Under the pieces are notes generated by a model. It saw nothing but the letters and a program-made list of their open reading frames with translations, had not been told where the DNA came from and did no database searches. From assembly GCA_965660855.1 (NCBI GenBank), contig CBFIBM010000008.1, positions 17,079 through 81,078 of the forward strand: DNA of 64,000 bases, in the 5' to 3' direction. Position 1 is the stretch's first letter, and the number at the start of each line of letters is the position of its first letter. Source of the DNA: an uncultured bacterium. Its GTDB lineage: Bacteria; Fidelibacterota; Marinisomatia; Marinisomatales; UBA1611. Below, in pieces: positions 1 to 9,947 of this stretch. Both the position numbers and the translations under genes were made by a program.

Positions 1-95
1 CCAGAGTTTTTGTAGTTAATAGAAGCTGCACTAGCATTTTTCAAAACAGATTGAGGCAAGCATGCAGGACCAGCACTAAAATTAAATATCTTCAT
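1..95 (-). CDS. serC: Phosphoserine aminotransferase, N-terminal fragment (runs off window)
   Basis: Manual translation from ATG at 95: MKIFNFSAGPACLPQSVLKNASAASINYKNS, with the SerC N-terminal FNFSAGPA motif; not in the ORF track. Confidence 0.85.
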   Translation of the reverse strand, partial: MKIFNFSAGPACLPQSVLKNASAASINYKNS

Positions 96-194
96 ATTAT
101 CCTAAATTGTATAAATAGTTTAAAATATAATAATATAAAAATAGCATTATGAGGTATTACAAAAGAACCATAATTATGTTAATTAATTCTTAAA

Positions 195-734
195 TCAATT
201 CCATATACTTTTCCTTCCTTTTCTATTTTTTTTTAATTTTAATCTATCATCTTTATATCCTCTTATCTCTTTTCTCATTTCTTTCATCATTTTATGTTTA
301 AAAACACCAAGAATAGCAACTTGCTTTGGATCAAGTATATTTTCTACTTCCTTTATAAATTGTTTTTTTTGATCAAGTTTTTTTTCTTCTAAATTATTAT
401 ACTTGATTAAAATATTTCTTACCCCAGTTTTAGAAAAAGATCTATTACTATCTACATCAGTTTTAATTTTATCAGCAATCTCTTTTTGTCCTTCATTAAT
501 TTTCTTTAGATCTGACATATGTTTTCTGTAAATAGGGAAAAAACCTTCAGCTTGTTCCGTTTTTAATTCTAATTGATCCGTTAGCCTCCATATCATCATA
601 TTTTCCATTCGTTCTCTTTTATTTTTCGCTGTGATTTTTTCATCATTAAACTCTTTTGGGTGAGTATGTAATAAATCTCCTTGACCTATCAAGAACCCAA
701 AAAAAATAATATTAATTATAATTATAATTTTCAT
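195..734 (-). CDS. Exported Spy/CpxP-like helical protein (ECF-associated sensor type)
   Basis: Signal peptide; RLTDQLELKTEQAEGFFPIY and ILDPKQV LTxxQ-like motifs; third gene of an ECF sigma operon. Confidence 0.6.
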   Translation of the reverse strand: MKIIIIINIIFFGFLIGQGDLLHTHPKEFNDEKITAKNKRERMENMMIWRLTDQLELKTEQAEGFFPIYRKHMSDLKKINEGQKEIADKIKTDVDSNRSFSKTGVRNILIKYNNLEEKKLDQKKQFIKEVENILDPKQVAILGVFKHKMMKEMRKEIRGYKDDRLKLKKNRKGRKSIWN

Positions 735-1107
735 ATTGATACTCCTCTTCTATTTTAATTTCATCTAAAAATTCTAAAACGTTCCAAATGTCACCGAAAG
801 TAAAAAATGTTTCTTTTAAATCAATAATATATAGACTATCCAAGTAAGTGGAATCAGGATATTCTTCAATGTTTGATTCAACATAGAAATTCGAGCCTAA
901 CTTATTCTCAAGATTTTCTGAGGTTTTATTATCAATCATTTTTATTACACTAAAAGTAAGTAAAAATAATGAAAGTAAATATTTTGAATATTTATTTACT
1001 CTATTATCATGAACTCTTTGATGCAAGTTATCAATAAACTTTTTCTTATTTACTTTACCATAAAATTTTAAATGATATTCTTCAATCTTTTTTTCAAAAT
1101 TTTTCAT
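712..1107 (-). CDS. Probable single-pass membrane anti-sigma factor
   Basis: Directly downstream of the ECF sigma (1-nt overlap); short N-terminus, one hydrophobic stretch (YLLSLFLLTFSVI), acidic C-terminus. Confidence 0.5.
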   Translation of the reverse strand: MKNFEKKIEEYHLKFYGKVNKKKFIDNLHQRVHDNRVNKYSKYLLSLFLLTFSVIKMIDNKTSENLENKLGSNFYVESNIEEYPDSTYLDSLYIIDLKETFFTFGDIWNVLEFLDEIKIEEEYQYENYNYN

Positions 1108-1628
1108 TAATTCAATACTTTTTTAAGATTGTTAATCGCATGATGAAAATGAACTTTAGCAGTTCCAGTTTTCATATTTAAAACCTCAGAAATGATTTTA
1201 AAAGGTAGTTGCTCTGCAATTCTAAGTAAAGTCACTTGCTTTTGTTTAGTAGGTAATTTTTCCACAGCATCCCATAATTCCTTACGCTTCCAATCATTTT
1301 CTATAGATTGATCTAAGACTCCAACATCTTTTCTTTGATCTAAATAAAGATAACGTTTCCATTTATTTTTAGTAAGCCATGTGTTTGCTTTATTCATATT
1401 TACTCTATACAAGTAAGTGGTAAATTTTGAATTAAACTTAAAATTTTTAAGATGTTTATGTAAATTAACAAAAACATCTTGAGCCAAATCCTCCGCCTCC
1501 ATTTGATTATTAGTAATATTAAAAAAAAATCCAATGGTATTTTCAAGGTGTCTAAGAACTAATTTATTAAAAGAATTAATATCTCCATTTTGGTATTTCA
1601 AAATTAAATTTTTATCTATTTCATTCAT
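1107..1628 (-). CDS. ECF-family RNA polymerase sigma factor
   Basis: Region 2 EAEDLAQDVFV...FTTYLYRV; region 4 LPTKQKQVTLLR...EVLNMKTGTAKVHFHHA; 173 aa. Confidence 0.92.
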   Translation of the reverse strand: MNEIDKNLILKYQNGDINSFNKLVLRHLENTIGFFFNITNNQMEAEDLAQDVFVNLHKHLKNFKFNSKFTTYLYRVNMNKANTWLTKNKWKRYLYLDQRKDVGVLDQSIENDWKRKELWDAVEKLPTKQKQVTLLRIAEQLPFKIISEVLNMKTGTAKVHFHHAINNLKKVLN

Positions 1629-1640
1629 TTTATATTTTGA

Positions 1641-1667
1641 TTAGACTCAAAAATTTAAAAAAGGTTA
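1641..1667 (-). promoter_or_regulatory. Putative ECF-type promoter upstream of the sigma gene
   Basis: Minus strand TAAC (1667-1664), 17 nt, then GTCTAA (1646-1641), matching the general AAC-N17-GT(C) ECF architecture. Confidence 0.5.
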
Positions 1668-1735
1668 AAAAAAATTATCTCTAATTAATTTTATAAACTT
1701 TATTTTATAATGATAATTATAGATATATAATAGAG

Positions 1736-4702
1736 ATGTTAAAACAAGCACCAAACAAAAAACAAAAGGAGGCAATAACTCACCCTCCTTCACCATTAAT
1801 GATTCTGGCTGGCGCTGGTACCGGAAAGACCTTTACCCTTGAATCAAGAATCATTTATATGATTAAAAAATTTAATGTTAATCCAAATCATATTTTAGGA
1901 ATCACTTATACTGAAAAAGGTGCAAATGAATTAAAAAGTAGAATTGTAAAGCAGATAGGCAAGAAAGGAGAGGCTTTAACAATTAATACCTTCCATTCAT
2001 TTTGCTTTAAGATTTTAAAAGAATATACTCCTTTAGCATCAATGCAACTATTAGAAGAAAGTGAAGCGATTCATTTATTTTTAGAAAGGTTTGATGAGCT
2101 CGGTCCTTTCAAATCAGATGAATTTGCCATGGATCCTCAAAATGCTATAGTTTCAAGTTTTATTCCATTTTTTAACAGAATGAGAGATGAGTTAATAGAA
2201 ATCTCAAATCTTAGTATAAAGCATAATGAAAATGATAGTAGTCAAGAAATTCACAATCAGTTAATAGATTTAAAAAGAATTTATCCTATTTTTCAAAAAT
2301 GGAAGCAGAACATCAATGTAATTGATTATGGAGATATGATCCTTTCTTGCTATGAATTACTTAAATCAAATAAAAAAATTCTATCTTTAATTCAAAGGAA
2401 GTATCGGAACATTATTATTGATGAATTTCAGGATAACAATTTTGCATTAAATGAGATAATTAATTTAATTGTTGGAGAAAGAAAGCACCTAACTGTTGTA
2501 GGAGATGATGATCAAGTTATCTATAGTTTTCGTGGTGCAAATATGTATAATATAAAATCATTTCAAAATAAGTATAAAGAAAATAACAATTTTAAATTTG
2601 TAACTCTTGAAAAAAATTACAGATCTAACCAAGCTATTCTTGACCTTGCAAATTCATCAATTATAAATAACATCGAAAGAATGGATAAAACATTAAAATC
2701 TAATTTAGATTTTAATAATCAAAAACCAATACGGTTTTGGGGTGAAAAAAAAGAGCAGTTAAATTTTCTTGTTCATGAAATAAAATCATTAAAAAGTGAA
2801 GGTATTTCTTTAACTGATATTGCTATTTTATGCCGAACACACAATCAATGTTCGCAAATAAACAATGTACTCCAGAAATCTGGAATTGTAATACAACCTC
2901 AGTATAGTTCTTTTTTTCAAATCAAGAAAATACGTGACATTATTTCATGGTCACAAGTTATCGCAAATGGAACTCTCATGGATTCTGCCTTATATCGTTT
3001 GATATCGGAAAAATGTGGTTATAAGATTACTAATAAGATTTTTTCAAAATTTGAATTTAAAAATTTAAAATCAAGGTTTGATTTAATATCTAAAGATAAA
3101 ATGTTAATAAAAGAGAATGTTCAATTATCCAATTTGGTCAATCAAATTTTTGTTTTTAAAAAGTTATTACCAAAAATGTCTGCTAGTGAAATGATATGGG
3201 AGATTGTTGAAAAAACAAATATCCTAACTTCAATTGGAAATTATTATTCACTAAACAATAAATTTATCCTTCTCAACGTTGGGCATTTGTTAAAAAGATC
3301 TCAAAACTTTACCAAAAGAAATAAAAATAAATCTTCCCTTTACTCTTTTAACAAATATATTGAAACTCTCATGAAAACTGGTGGAATACCATCAATCAAG
3401 CCTATTCAATCTCGAAAAAGGAATGGTGTATATGTAAATACAATACATGGAGTAAAAGGTGGTGAATTTCCTGTTGTTTTTCTTCCATTTTTACGATCTT
3501 CAAGCTTTCCACTATCGTTTCGAAAACAAAAACTTGTTGATAAACCTCCAGATGATTGGTTGAAATATATTCAAACAACTGATCTAACAGATAGAGAGCA
3601 CCACCTTCAAGAAGAAAGAAGATTGTTTTATGTAGCAATTACAAGGGCAAAAGAAAAATTATATCTACTGACACCAACAAAAGCAACTTCTAAATTAGTC
3701 AAAGAATTACCTGATCATTTAATTGAGGATAAGAATATGAAAATTATAGATGAAAAAGAATATCAAACCTATTCAAACCTAAGAGTTAAATACGAAAATC
3801 TAATTCAAAATGCTTTAATTGAAGAAATGTATGATGAAGTTATCAACTTATCAAATGCTTTAAGAGCTATTAAAAAATATGAAAATGGCGAAAAACTTAG
3901 TCTAGGAAATCAAATTTGGGAAAAAAACCTAAAGAAAGATTTGAAGAAACCTTTTCAACCTGATATTCCAGAAACTATTTTTCTATCTGCTAGTTCAATT
4001 GAGACATATAAAACTTGTCCACTTAAATTTCGATTTTCTAAAATTGATGGTTTACCACAAAATGCAAAAAAGCCACAATTAATTTTTGGAAATATTATTC
4101 ATAAAGTTCTTCAACGATTTCATGAACCAAATAAAGAAATTTCATCTAATCGTATTACTAGATTATTAGTTGAAGAATGGAAAAAAGATGATTTTGATTA
4201 TCAAGTCAGAGAAGAAAAATTTAAGGAACAGGGAATCAAAATTTTAGAAAAATATGTTGAAAATATTATTAAAAACGTTCCTGAAGTCATTAAAACTGAA
4301 GAACAATTCAGTTTTGATATTGGACCCATAACCATAAGAGGTGCGATTGATAGAATTGATAAAATTGATGAGGGCTTAGAAATAATTGATTATAAAACTA
4401 GCAAGACACCTTCTTCAGCAAAGAATAGTCTTCAATTAGCAATTTATTCTATGTATCTAGAACAATTGGACGATTCAGATTTAGGTGGGATACCATATAA
4501 ATCTTCATTTTATTTTCTCAGAGATGAAGAAGATCCAATAAAAAGCCATTCATTTAGTAAAGATCAAATAGCTGATGCTAAAGAAATTATAATCGAAGTA
4601 GCTGCCGGAATAAAAAATAAAAAATTTGATTCAAAAACAGGAAAACATTGTGACTGGTGTGACTATAAAGCTTTAGCTTGTCCAGCTTGGGAAAAAATCT
4701 AG
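1736..4702 (+). CDS. UvrD/PcrA-type SF1 helicase fused to a C-terminal PD-(D/E)XK (RecB-like) nuclease with probable Fe-S cluster (AddA/AdnAB-like)
   Basis: AGAGTGKT, DEFQD, VGDDDQVIYSFRGA, NYRS, EERRLFYVAITRAK; nuclease GAIDRID...IIDYKT...QLAIY; Cys in YKTCP and CDWCDYKALACP. Confidence 0.9.
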   Translation: MLKQAPNKKQKEAITHPPSPLMILAGAGTGKTFTLESRIIYMIKKFNVNPNHILGITYTEKGANELKSRIVKQIGKKGEALTINTFHSFCFKILKEYTPLASMQLLEESEAIHLFLERFDELGPFKSDEFAMDPQNAIVSSFIPFFNRMRDELIEISNLSIKHNENDSSQEIHNQLIDLKRIYPIFQKWKQNINVIDYGDMILSCYELLKSNKKILSLIQRKYRNIIIDEFQDNNFALNEIINLIVGERKHLTVVGDDDQVIYSFRGANMYNIKSFQNKYKENNNFKFVTLEKNYRSNQAILDLANSSIINNIERMDKTLKSNLDFNNQKPIRFWGEKKEQLNFLVHEIKSLKSEGISLTDIAILCRTHNQCSQINNVLQKSGIVIQPQYSSFFQIKKIRDIISWSQVIANGTLMDSALYRLISEKCGYKITNKIFSKFEFKNLKSRFDLISKDKMLIKENVQLSNLVNQIFVFKKLLPKMSASEMIWEIVEKTNILTSIGNYYSLNNKFILLNVGHLLKRSQNFTKRNKNKSSLYSFNKYIETLMKTGGIPSIKPIQSRKRNGVYVNTIHGVKGGEFPVVFLPFLRSSSFPLSFRKQKLVDKPPDDWLKYIQTTDLTDREHHLQEERRLFYVAITRAKEKLYLLTPTKATSKLVKELPDHLIEDKNMKIIDEKEYQTYSNLRVKYENLIQNALIEEMYDEVINLSNALRAIKKYENGEKLSLGNQIWEKNLKKDLKKPFQPDIPETIFLSASSIETYKTCPLKFRFSKIDGLPQNAKKPQLIFGNIIHKVLQRFHEPNKEISSNRITRLLVEEWKKDDFDYQVREEKFKEQGIKILEKYVENIIKNVPEVIKTEEQFSFDIGPITIRGAIDRIDKIDEGLEIIDYKTSKTPSSAKNSLQLAIYSMYLEQLDDSDLGGIPYKSSFYFLRDEEDPIKSHSFSKDQIADAKEIIIEVAAGIKNKKFDSKTGKHCDWCDYKALACPAWEKI

Positions 4703-4763
4703 AGTAAATTTTCCTATTTCTTCCATAAAGAACTAATTTATAAGTAAAAACTAAAAATTAATT

Positions 4764-5198
4764 TTATTGTAGTTTTAATAATTGATATTCAATTCTTCCT
4801 GAAAATTTGTTTGCATCAAATGAAAAGTTATTGGGTAAACCAAAATTCAAAATAGTATCAATTTCACTCGATACTATTTCGTTAAAGATTTGAATATAAA
4901 ACAAAGTATCATTTTCTTCATTTTTAAGCAAAAGGTGGGTTGTATCTAAAGAATTAATATTCAAATCTTTTACTATTAAAGTAGACAAAATTTTATCAGA
5001 TTCTATTAATAAAAGATTTAAATCCCATTTATTATACTCAGTAAAATCATCTCCAAAAATTGAAAATGAAAAATAATCACTCTCATTCATGATTGCAGGC
5101 TTATTTTCTAATAATCCATCAGAATATTCCGGAGGAGAAACACATGAAATGGTAAATATCATTAAAAATATAAAAAAATAAATAATATTATTCATCAT
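4764..5198 (-). CDS. Hypothetical lipoprotein
   Basis: Hydrophobic leader ending in lipobox-like TISC; overlaps the end of rmuC. Confidence 0.55.
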   Translation of the reverse strand: MMNNIIYFFIFLMIFTISCVSPPEYSDGLLENKPAIMNESDYFSFSIFGDDFTEYNKWDLNLLLIESDKILSTLIVKDLNINSLDTTHLLLKNEENDTLFYIQIFNEIVSSEIDTILNFGLPNNFSFDANKFSGRIEYQLLKLQ

Positions 5199-6318
5199 TT
5201 GGATCCAATTCTTTTATTTGTTTGCCTAATTGTAATTTAGAAATCTTATTCATTGGTTTTTCTAAAGCTCTAAAACGAGGTCCTTTCAAATCTTCATAAT
5301 GATTAGAAATTATATTTATAGATTTACCCAGTACATCAATCTTTCCTGTAAATTTCTCCCATTGATTTTTAAAAACACCAACTAATTCTTGCATTTCACC
5401 AGCTTTTTGTTCCATTGCAAAATTAGAAACAGCCTGTCTGATTAATGATAATATCGCGTAAAGTGTTATAGGTGAGCATAACATAATTTTATTTTCTAAT
5501 GAATAATCGATTAATGAATTATCCTCCTGATTTAAAAAAGAATATATACCCTCATTTGGTATAAAAAGTAAAACATAGTCAACTGTTGAACCTTCCGGAT
5601 CAATATAGGATCTTTTTGAGACTTCTTTCACTCTGTTTCTCACATCCTTAAGAAATGCTTTTTTTTCTACATTTTTATCTTTTTCATTATCGGAAGCAAT
5701 GTATTTCTCATAGTGGGCAAGAGGAAATTTAACATCCATATTTAACATTTTTTTATCAGGAAGAAAAAAAGTGAAATCGGGTCTATCAGAACCAGATTGC
5801 ACCTGTTGTTTATAATTAATTCCTTCCGTTAGACCAATGAAATCAAGAATGTCTTCAACCATTCTTTCCCCCCACTGCCCCCTTGATTGGGAACTTGAAA
5901 GAATTTGCCGAAGCTTTGAAGTTGTATCGGATAATTCTCCAACACTTTTTCTTGACTCTTCCATTTGAGATTTAAGCGCAACAGTATTTTCAGACAAACT
6001 CTTTAGGTCATCTTTCATTTCTTTCAGAGTACTATCAATTAATTCCTTTTTTTTACCTAGTTGCTCATCTGATTTTCCAAGAAGTGATGAAAATTTATCT
6101 TCAGCAAGCTCAAGAAATTTTCTTTGATTATCTACAAGGGCTTCATTCGATAATGCACCAAATTTTGTTTCTAACTGTTCTTGGTTTTTTTCAAAAGTTT
6201 CTTCTAAGTATTTTTGATTTTTTTGATATGAATTAATCTCTTTTTCACGCAAAAACCAAACGGATATAGCTCCAATAGCAAGACCAACTAAAAATAATAG
6301 TACTCCGTCAAACCCCAT
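5188..6318 (-). CDS. rmuC: DNA recombination protein RmuC
   Basis: N-terminal TM, coiled coil, RGQWGE, RPD...MDVKFPL, LFIPNEGIY, SPITL. Confidence 0.9.
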   Translation of the reverse strand: MGFDGVLLFLVGLAIGAISVWFLREKEINSYQKNQKYLEETFEKNQEQLETKFGALSNEALVDNQRKFLELAEDKFSSLLGKSDEQLGKKKELIDSTLKEMKDDLKSLSENTVALKSQMEESRKSVGELSDTTSKLRQILSSSQSRGQWGERMVEDILDFIGLTEGINYKQQVQSGSDRPDFTFFLPDKKMLNMDVKFPLAHYEKYIASDNEKDKNVEKKAFLKDVRNRVKEVSKRSYIDPEGSTVDYVLLFIPNEGIYSFLNQEDNSLIDYSLENKIMLCSPITLYAILSLIRQAVSNFAMEQKAGEMQELVGVFKNQWEKFTGKIDVLGKSINIISNHYEDLKGPRFRALEKPMNKISKLQLGKQIKELDPNDE

Positions 6319-6322
6319 ATCT

Positions 6323-7645
6323 TTACAAGGTTAAAGAAAAAGAGTCAACCAATATTCCAGGGCATGAAGTTGCGCCTAGCGAGCGACCACCATAAGTACC
6401 GACTTCGGGATTAGTGTATAATCTATCTTCGACTTCAGACAATTCATCACCAAAAAACCTATAAAAAGAATCGTCAAATCTCATGGTTTCAATTGGTGCA
6501 ACAATTTCACCACCTTCTACCCAAAAACATGCATATCTGGTAAGTCCTGTTATGCGACCTCCTGGATTGTCGCTCCAGTTAAGGTAATGAATATTCGATA
6601 GGAATAGACCTTTATCAAGTTTTTTAACTACATCATTATGATTTAAATCTCCAGTTTCCATTCTTGGAGATCTTAAATATTCTCCAGTTTCAGCATAATT
6701 TGATTTTAAACCATATTCTTTAGCTGATCTTGAACTAACTAATGTATTTTTTAAATTGCCATTTTTAATAAGGGATAACTCGTTGGATGCCACCTCACCA
6801 TCAGAATTAAACTTAGGACAGTATCCAGGAGAAAAATCTTCTAAAATTGAAAATTTTGGAGATAAAGTTATATCATTATGTCTCATTTTTCCAAAGCCAC
6901 TACAACCTTGTCTTAAAGAAGCTTCACTAATACCATTCCAAGAAAACATACCTAAAAAATCTGAAACTGCAGCTGATTCGAACCAAGTCCTGTAATCTCC
7001 CGTTTTCATTTTGATTGGCTTTCTTTCCATAAGAGATAATTTTTCTTTACTTCTATTAACATATTCTTCATAATCATTTTGATTCCAATCGTTACCTGAA
7101 AATGAACCTTTTACCATTTGATGATTTTGAGTTACTAATGAATAATCTAAGTTATAAGTATCTGTTTCAAACCAATGATTTTGCCCCTTACTGTTTGCAT
7201 TTCCTCTAAACATTTTTCCATTAGAAAAAATTCCAACAAAATCAACCTCAGACATCACAGGTAAAATCGCATCAACAGAATCTTCAAACATTAGTCCATT
7301 TGAGGATTTTTTCTCAATACTAGATCCCAAATTTTTTGGTAAAACTAAAAAAGGATCTTCTGGTAATTCTTTAACTTCTTCACGAAGCCTTGCGATCTCA
7401 TTTCTTCCTCTTTTAAAATCAAGATCTTTTTTACCTGATATTGTAAATCCACCACTGGAAATTCGATTATTAGAAATAAATTTTAATTCTAATTCCGCAT
7501 CATCTACAAGGCCCGTTTGCCGAACTGAAGCATTGTTGAAACGTATAAATTGACTATTTTCTCCTGATAATGAGAGTATTAAATCCTCTTCCTTGTTCAA
7601 TTGACTAAATAATAATTCACTTATATTTTTAAACTCCTTTTCCAC
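6323..7645 (-). CDS. TldE/PmbA-family metalloprotease partner subunit
   Basis: QFIRFNNA, YLNWSD, ITGLTRYACFWVEGGEIVAP, MRFDDS; follows tldD with 1-nt overlap. Confidence 0.85.
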   Translation of the reverse strand: MEKEFKNISELLFSQLNKEEDLILSLSGENSQFIRFNNASVRQTGLVDDAELELKFISNNRISSGGFTISGKKDLDFKRGRNEIARLREEVKELPEDPFLVLPKNLGSSIEKKSSNGLMFEDSVDAILPVMSEVDFVGIFSNGKMFRGNANSKGQNHWFETDTYNLDYSLVTQNHQMVKGSFSGNDWNQNDYEEYVNRSKEKLSLMERKPIKMKTGDYRTWFESAAVSDFLGMFSWNGISEASLRQGCSGFGKMRHNDITLSPKFSILEDFSPGYCPKFNSDGEVASNELSLIKNGNLKNTLVSSRSAKEYGLKSNYAETGEYLRSPRMETGDLNHNDVVKKLDKGLFLSNIHYLNWSDNPGGRITGLTRYACFWVEGGEIVAPIETMRFDDSFYRFFGDELSEVEDRLYTNPEVGTYGGRSLGATSCPGILVDSFSLTL

Positions 7646-9087
7646 TAGACTCCTCCAAAGACTTGAATTTTATCAAAAAGACATGCTGGAGATGCGTGAC
7701 CAACTCTTATCACCTGATTTGGTTCACCTTTACCACAATTAGGTGTTCCATATATTCCAAATGTGTCAGTATCCCCTACTCCTTTCAAACTATTCCAAAA
7801 AGGAGTTGAGATTCCTCGATAGTTTGGATTTTTAAGAGTTTTTGTTAATTTTCCATTTTCTATTAATTTTCCATATTCACAACCAAATTGAAATTTATTT
7901 CTATAGTCATCGATTGACCAAGATTTGTTGCTTTCAACATATACACCAAGTTCCACTTGACTAATTAAATCATCAAAACTTTTATCTCCTGGTTCTAAAT
8001 TAATATTAGCCATTCTATCAATAGGCGCTCTGTTCCAACTGCTCGCTCTAAAATTAGCAACACCATCTAAACCTGATCTTATTTGACTTTCCTGACCTCC
8101 AAGACCTCTTACTAGTAACCCATCTTTAATTAAATATTCTTTAGTTGCTTTCAACCCTCCATCATCAAATGCATAAGATGCAAATTCTGATTCTAATGTT
8201 GGGTCAAATGTTATATTCATTAAATCAGAACCATATTTTAAAGAACCAAAATCTTCTAATTTAACAAAACTCCATCCGGCATAATTTCTTTCATCACCCA
8301 AAATTCTATCTACTTCAAGAGCATGACCAATACTTTCATGAATTTGCAACATCATTTGGTCTGGAGCTATAACTAAATCCATTTCTCCTGTAGGACATTC
8401 TTCTGCATCTAAAAGCTCTATTGCTTGCGAACCAATTCTATTTGCATTCGCATAGATTTCATATTTATCAAAATATTCCATTCCCATTTGCCTACACGTA
8501 CCTCTCATACCCCCAAATGTTCGAGTTTGTTGGTTTGCACCATCAGCTGCAGTTGCACTCAGGTCAAATTCAAACATCAAAAACTCTTGATTAATATCGC
8601 TGCCATTAGAACTAACAAAATTAAAATTTGATTCAATTACTTGACAAAGTGATGAAGCACTAACAATTTTTTCATTTACTTTGAGATGTTGATATGCTTC
8701 CAGTAAAATCTCATTTAACTGACCCGCAGATAGAGATTGCTTATTTTTTATATAAGGAGATTTATAAGCTCCTTGATGAGGCGGTCTAGCTGTTAAATCA
8801 AAAGAATGTACTGCATGTTTTGAGGCAATTTTTGCTTGGTCAAATGCTTTTCTTGCAGCACTAGATATACCCTCTGAAGTCATTTTTGGAGTACCATAAT
8901 AGCCAAATTGTCCATCAATTAGTATCTCAACCATTATTCCGTGTGTATATGAGGTTGAATTCATAACTGGAACTCCATCTCTTATCATTCTAGGCGTATG
9001 AACCTCATAAACTTCTCTTAATCCGACCCAATCCGCAGGAACATCAATTGAACCTAATAGATTTTTTATATCTATATCTAATTTCAT
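7645..9087 (-). CDS. tldD: TldD-family metalloprotease
   Basis: LQIHESIGHALEVDR (HExxxH), IDRMANINL, SWSIDD, CGKGEPNQ. Confidence 0.9.
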   Translation of the reverse strand: MKLDIDIKNLLGSIDVPADWVGLREVYEVHTPRMIRDGVPVMNSTSYTHGIMVEILIDGQFGYYGTPKMTSEGISSAARKAFDQAKIASKHAVHSFDLTARPPHQGAYKSPYIKNKQSLSAGQLNEILLEAYQHLKVNEKIVSASSLCQVIESNFNFVSSNGSDINQEFLMFEFDLSATAADGANQQTRTFGGMRGTCRQMGMEYFDKYEIYANANRIGSQAIELLDAEECPTGEMDLVIAPDQMMLQIHESIGHALEVDRILGDERNYAGWSFVKLEDFGSLKYGSDLMNITFDPTLESEFASYAFDDGGLKATKEYLIKDGLLVRGLGGQESQIRSGLDGVANFRASSWNRAPIDRMANINLEPGDKSFDDLISQVELGVYVESNKSWSIDDYRNKFQFGCEYGKLIENGKLTKTLKNPNYRGISTPFWNSLKGVGDTDTFGIYGTPNCGKGEPNQVIRVGHASPACLFDKIQVFGGV

Positions 9088-9293
9088 AATTAATCTCTTT
9101 ATATATATTAGTAAAAATATTTATTAAATATCATCATTAACTTATTAATCAAAAAAACTAATACCAATGAATTCATCGAATTAAAATTTAAAAATATATT
9201 TTAATATGCCAATAAGGCGTTCTTAGGCGTATTGACTTCGGTTAAGTATGTCATATAGTCACTATAGTATGTTAAATTCTATCATTTTTTTTA

Positions 9294-9310
9294 TTGGTTC
9301 GTTTTTTGAA
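9294..9310 (+). promoter_or_regulatory. Putative sigma54-like -24/-12 promoter of hsp20
   Basis: TTGGTTCGTTTTTTGAA: GG at 9296-9297 and TTGA with G at 9308 give the sigma54 spacing, but GA replaces the consensus GC. Confidence 0.4.
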
Positions 9311-9351
9311 GATCAAAGATAATCAATTAATTTTAATAATGAGGATTAAAA

Positions 9352-9789
9352 ATGAACTACATAACATTAAATGATTTTCCTAACGATAGAGTTAACAATA
9401 TACACCATGTATTAGATGATTTTTTCAAAAATGATTGGTCTTTTAAAAGGAATAAAAAAAGTTTCAATCCAATTTTTGATATAATCGAAGATGAAAAGAA
9501 ATATGTTTTTTTATCAGAGATACCTGGAGTCTCAAAATCTAATTTAAAGGTTGAGGTTTCTGAAAAAACGTTTAAAATAAGTGGAACAAAAAAGGCACCT
9601 GAGGAACTGAATGAAAAAACAATATTTTTTAATAAATTTATCTTTGGTGATTTTGAAAAGACGTTTAACTTACCAGATAAAATAAATAAAAGTAAAATCG
9701 ACGCTTCTTTCAATGATGGAATTTTAAAAGTTATTTTACCAAAAGAAAAACAAGTAGAACTAAAACCTAAGCTAATAAAGATTAAATAA
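9352..9789 (+). CDS. Hsp20/alpha-crystallin small heat-shock protein
   Basis: EIPGV, FGDFEKTFNLP, IDASFNDGILKVILPK, C-terminal IxI (LIKIK); GAGGA RBS upstream. Confidence 0.93.
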   Translation: MNYITLNDFPNDRVNNIHHVLDDFFKNDWSFKRNKKSFNPIFDIIEDEKKYVFLSEIPGVSKSNLKVEVSEKTFKISGTKKAPEELNEKTIFFNKFIFGDFEKTFNLPDKINKSKIDASFNDGILKVILPKEKQVELKPKLIKIK

Positions 9790-9805
9790 ACAATTTAATC
9801 AAAAT

Positions 9806-9836
9806 AAACTAGGGGGAATTACTTCCCCCCTAGTTT
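9806..9836 (+). terminator. Probable intrinsic terminator hairpin after hsp20
   Basis: AAACTAGGGGGAA-TTAC-TTCCCCCCTAGTTT inverted repeat (one bulge) 16 nt after the stop. Confidence 0.8.
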
Positions 9837-9947
9837 AGTAGGTATTCTATAGTCAAAATAATATTGAATTTTTAATTAATTTTGATTTCTTTAATTAATA
9901 TCCATACCTTTAATCTAAATTTTGAGTAATAATAGAATATTTAATTC

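Noticed and set aside
3737..4702. Cas4-like or anti-phage interpretation of the Fe-S PD-(D/E)XK domain
   Set aside because: It is fused to a UvrD helicase in a housekeeping context with no cas or defence genes nearby; a DNA-repair role is more parsimonious
6323..9087. TldD/TldE as part of a RiPP (microcin-type) cluster
   Set aside because: No precursor peptide, YcaO, modification enzyme or exporter nearby; the pair is widespread
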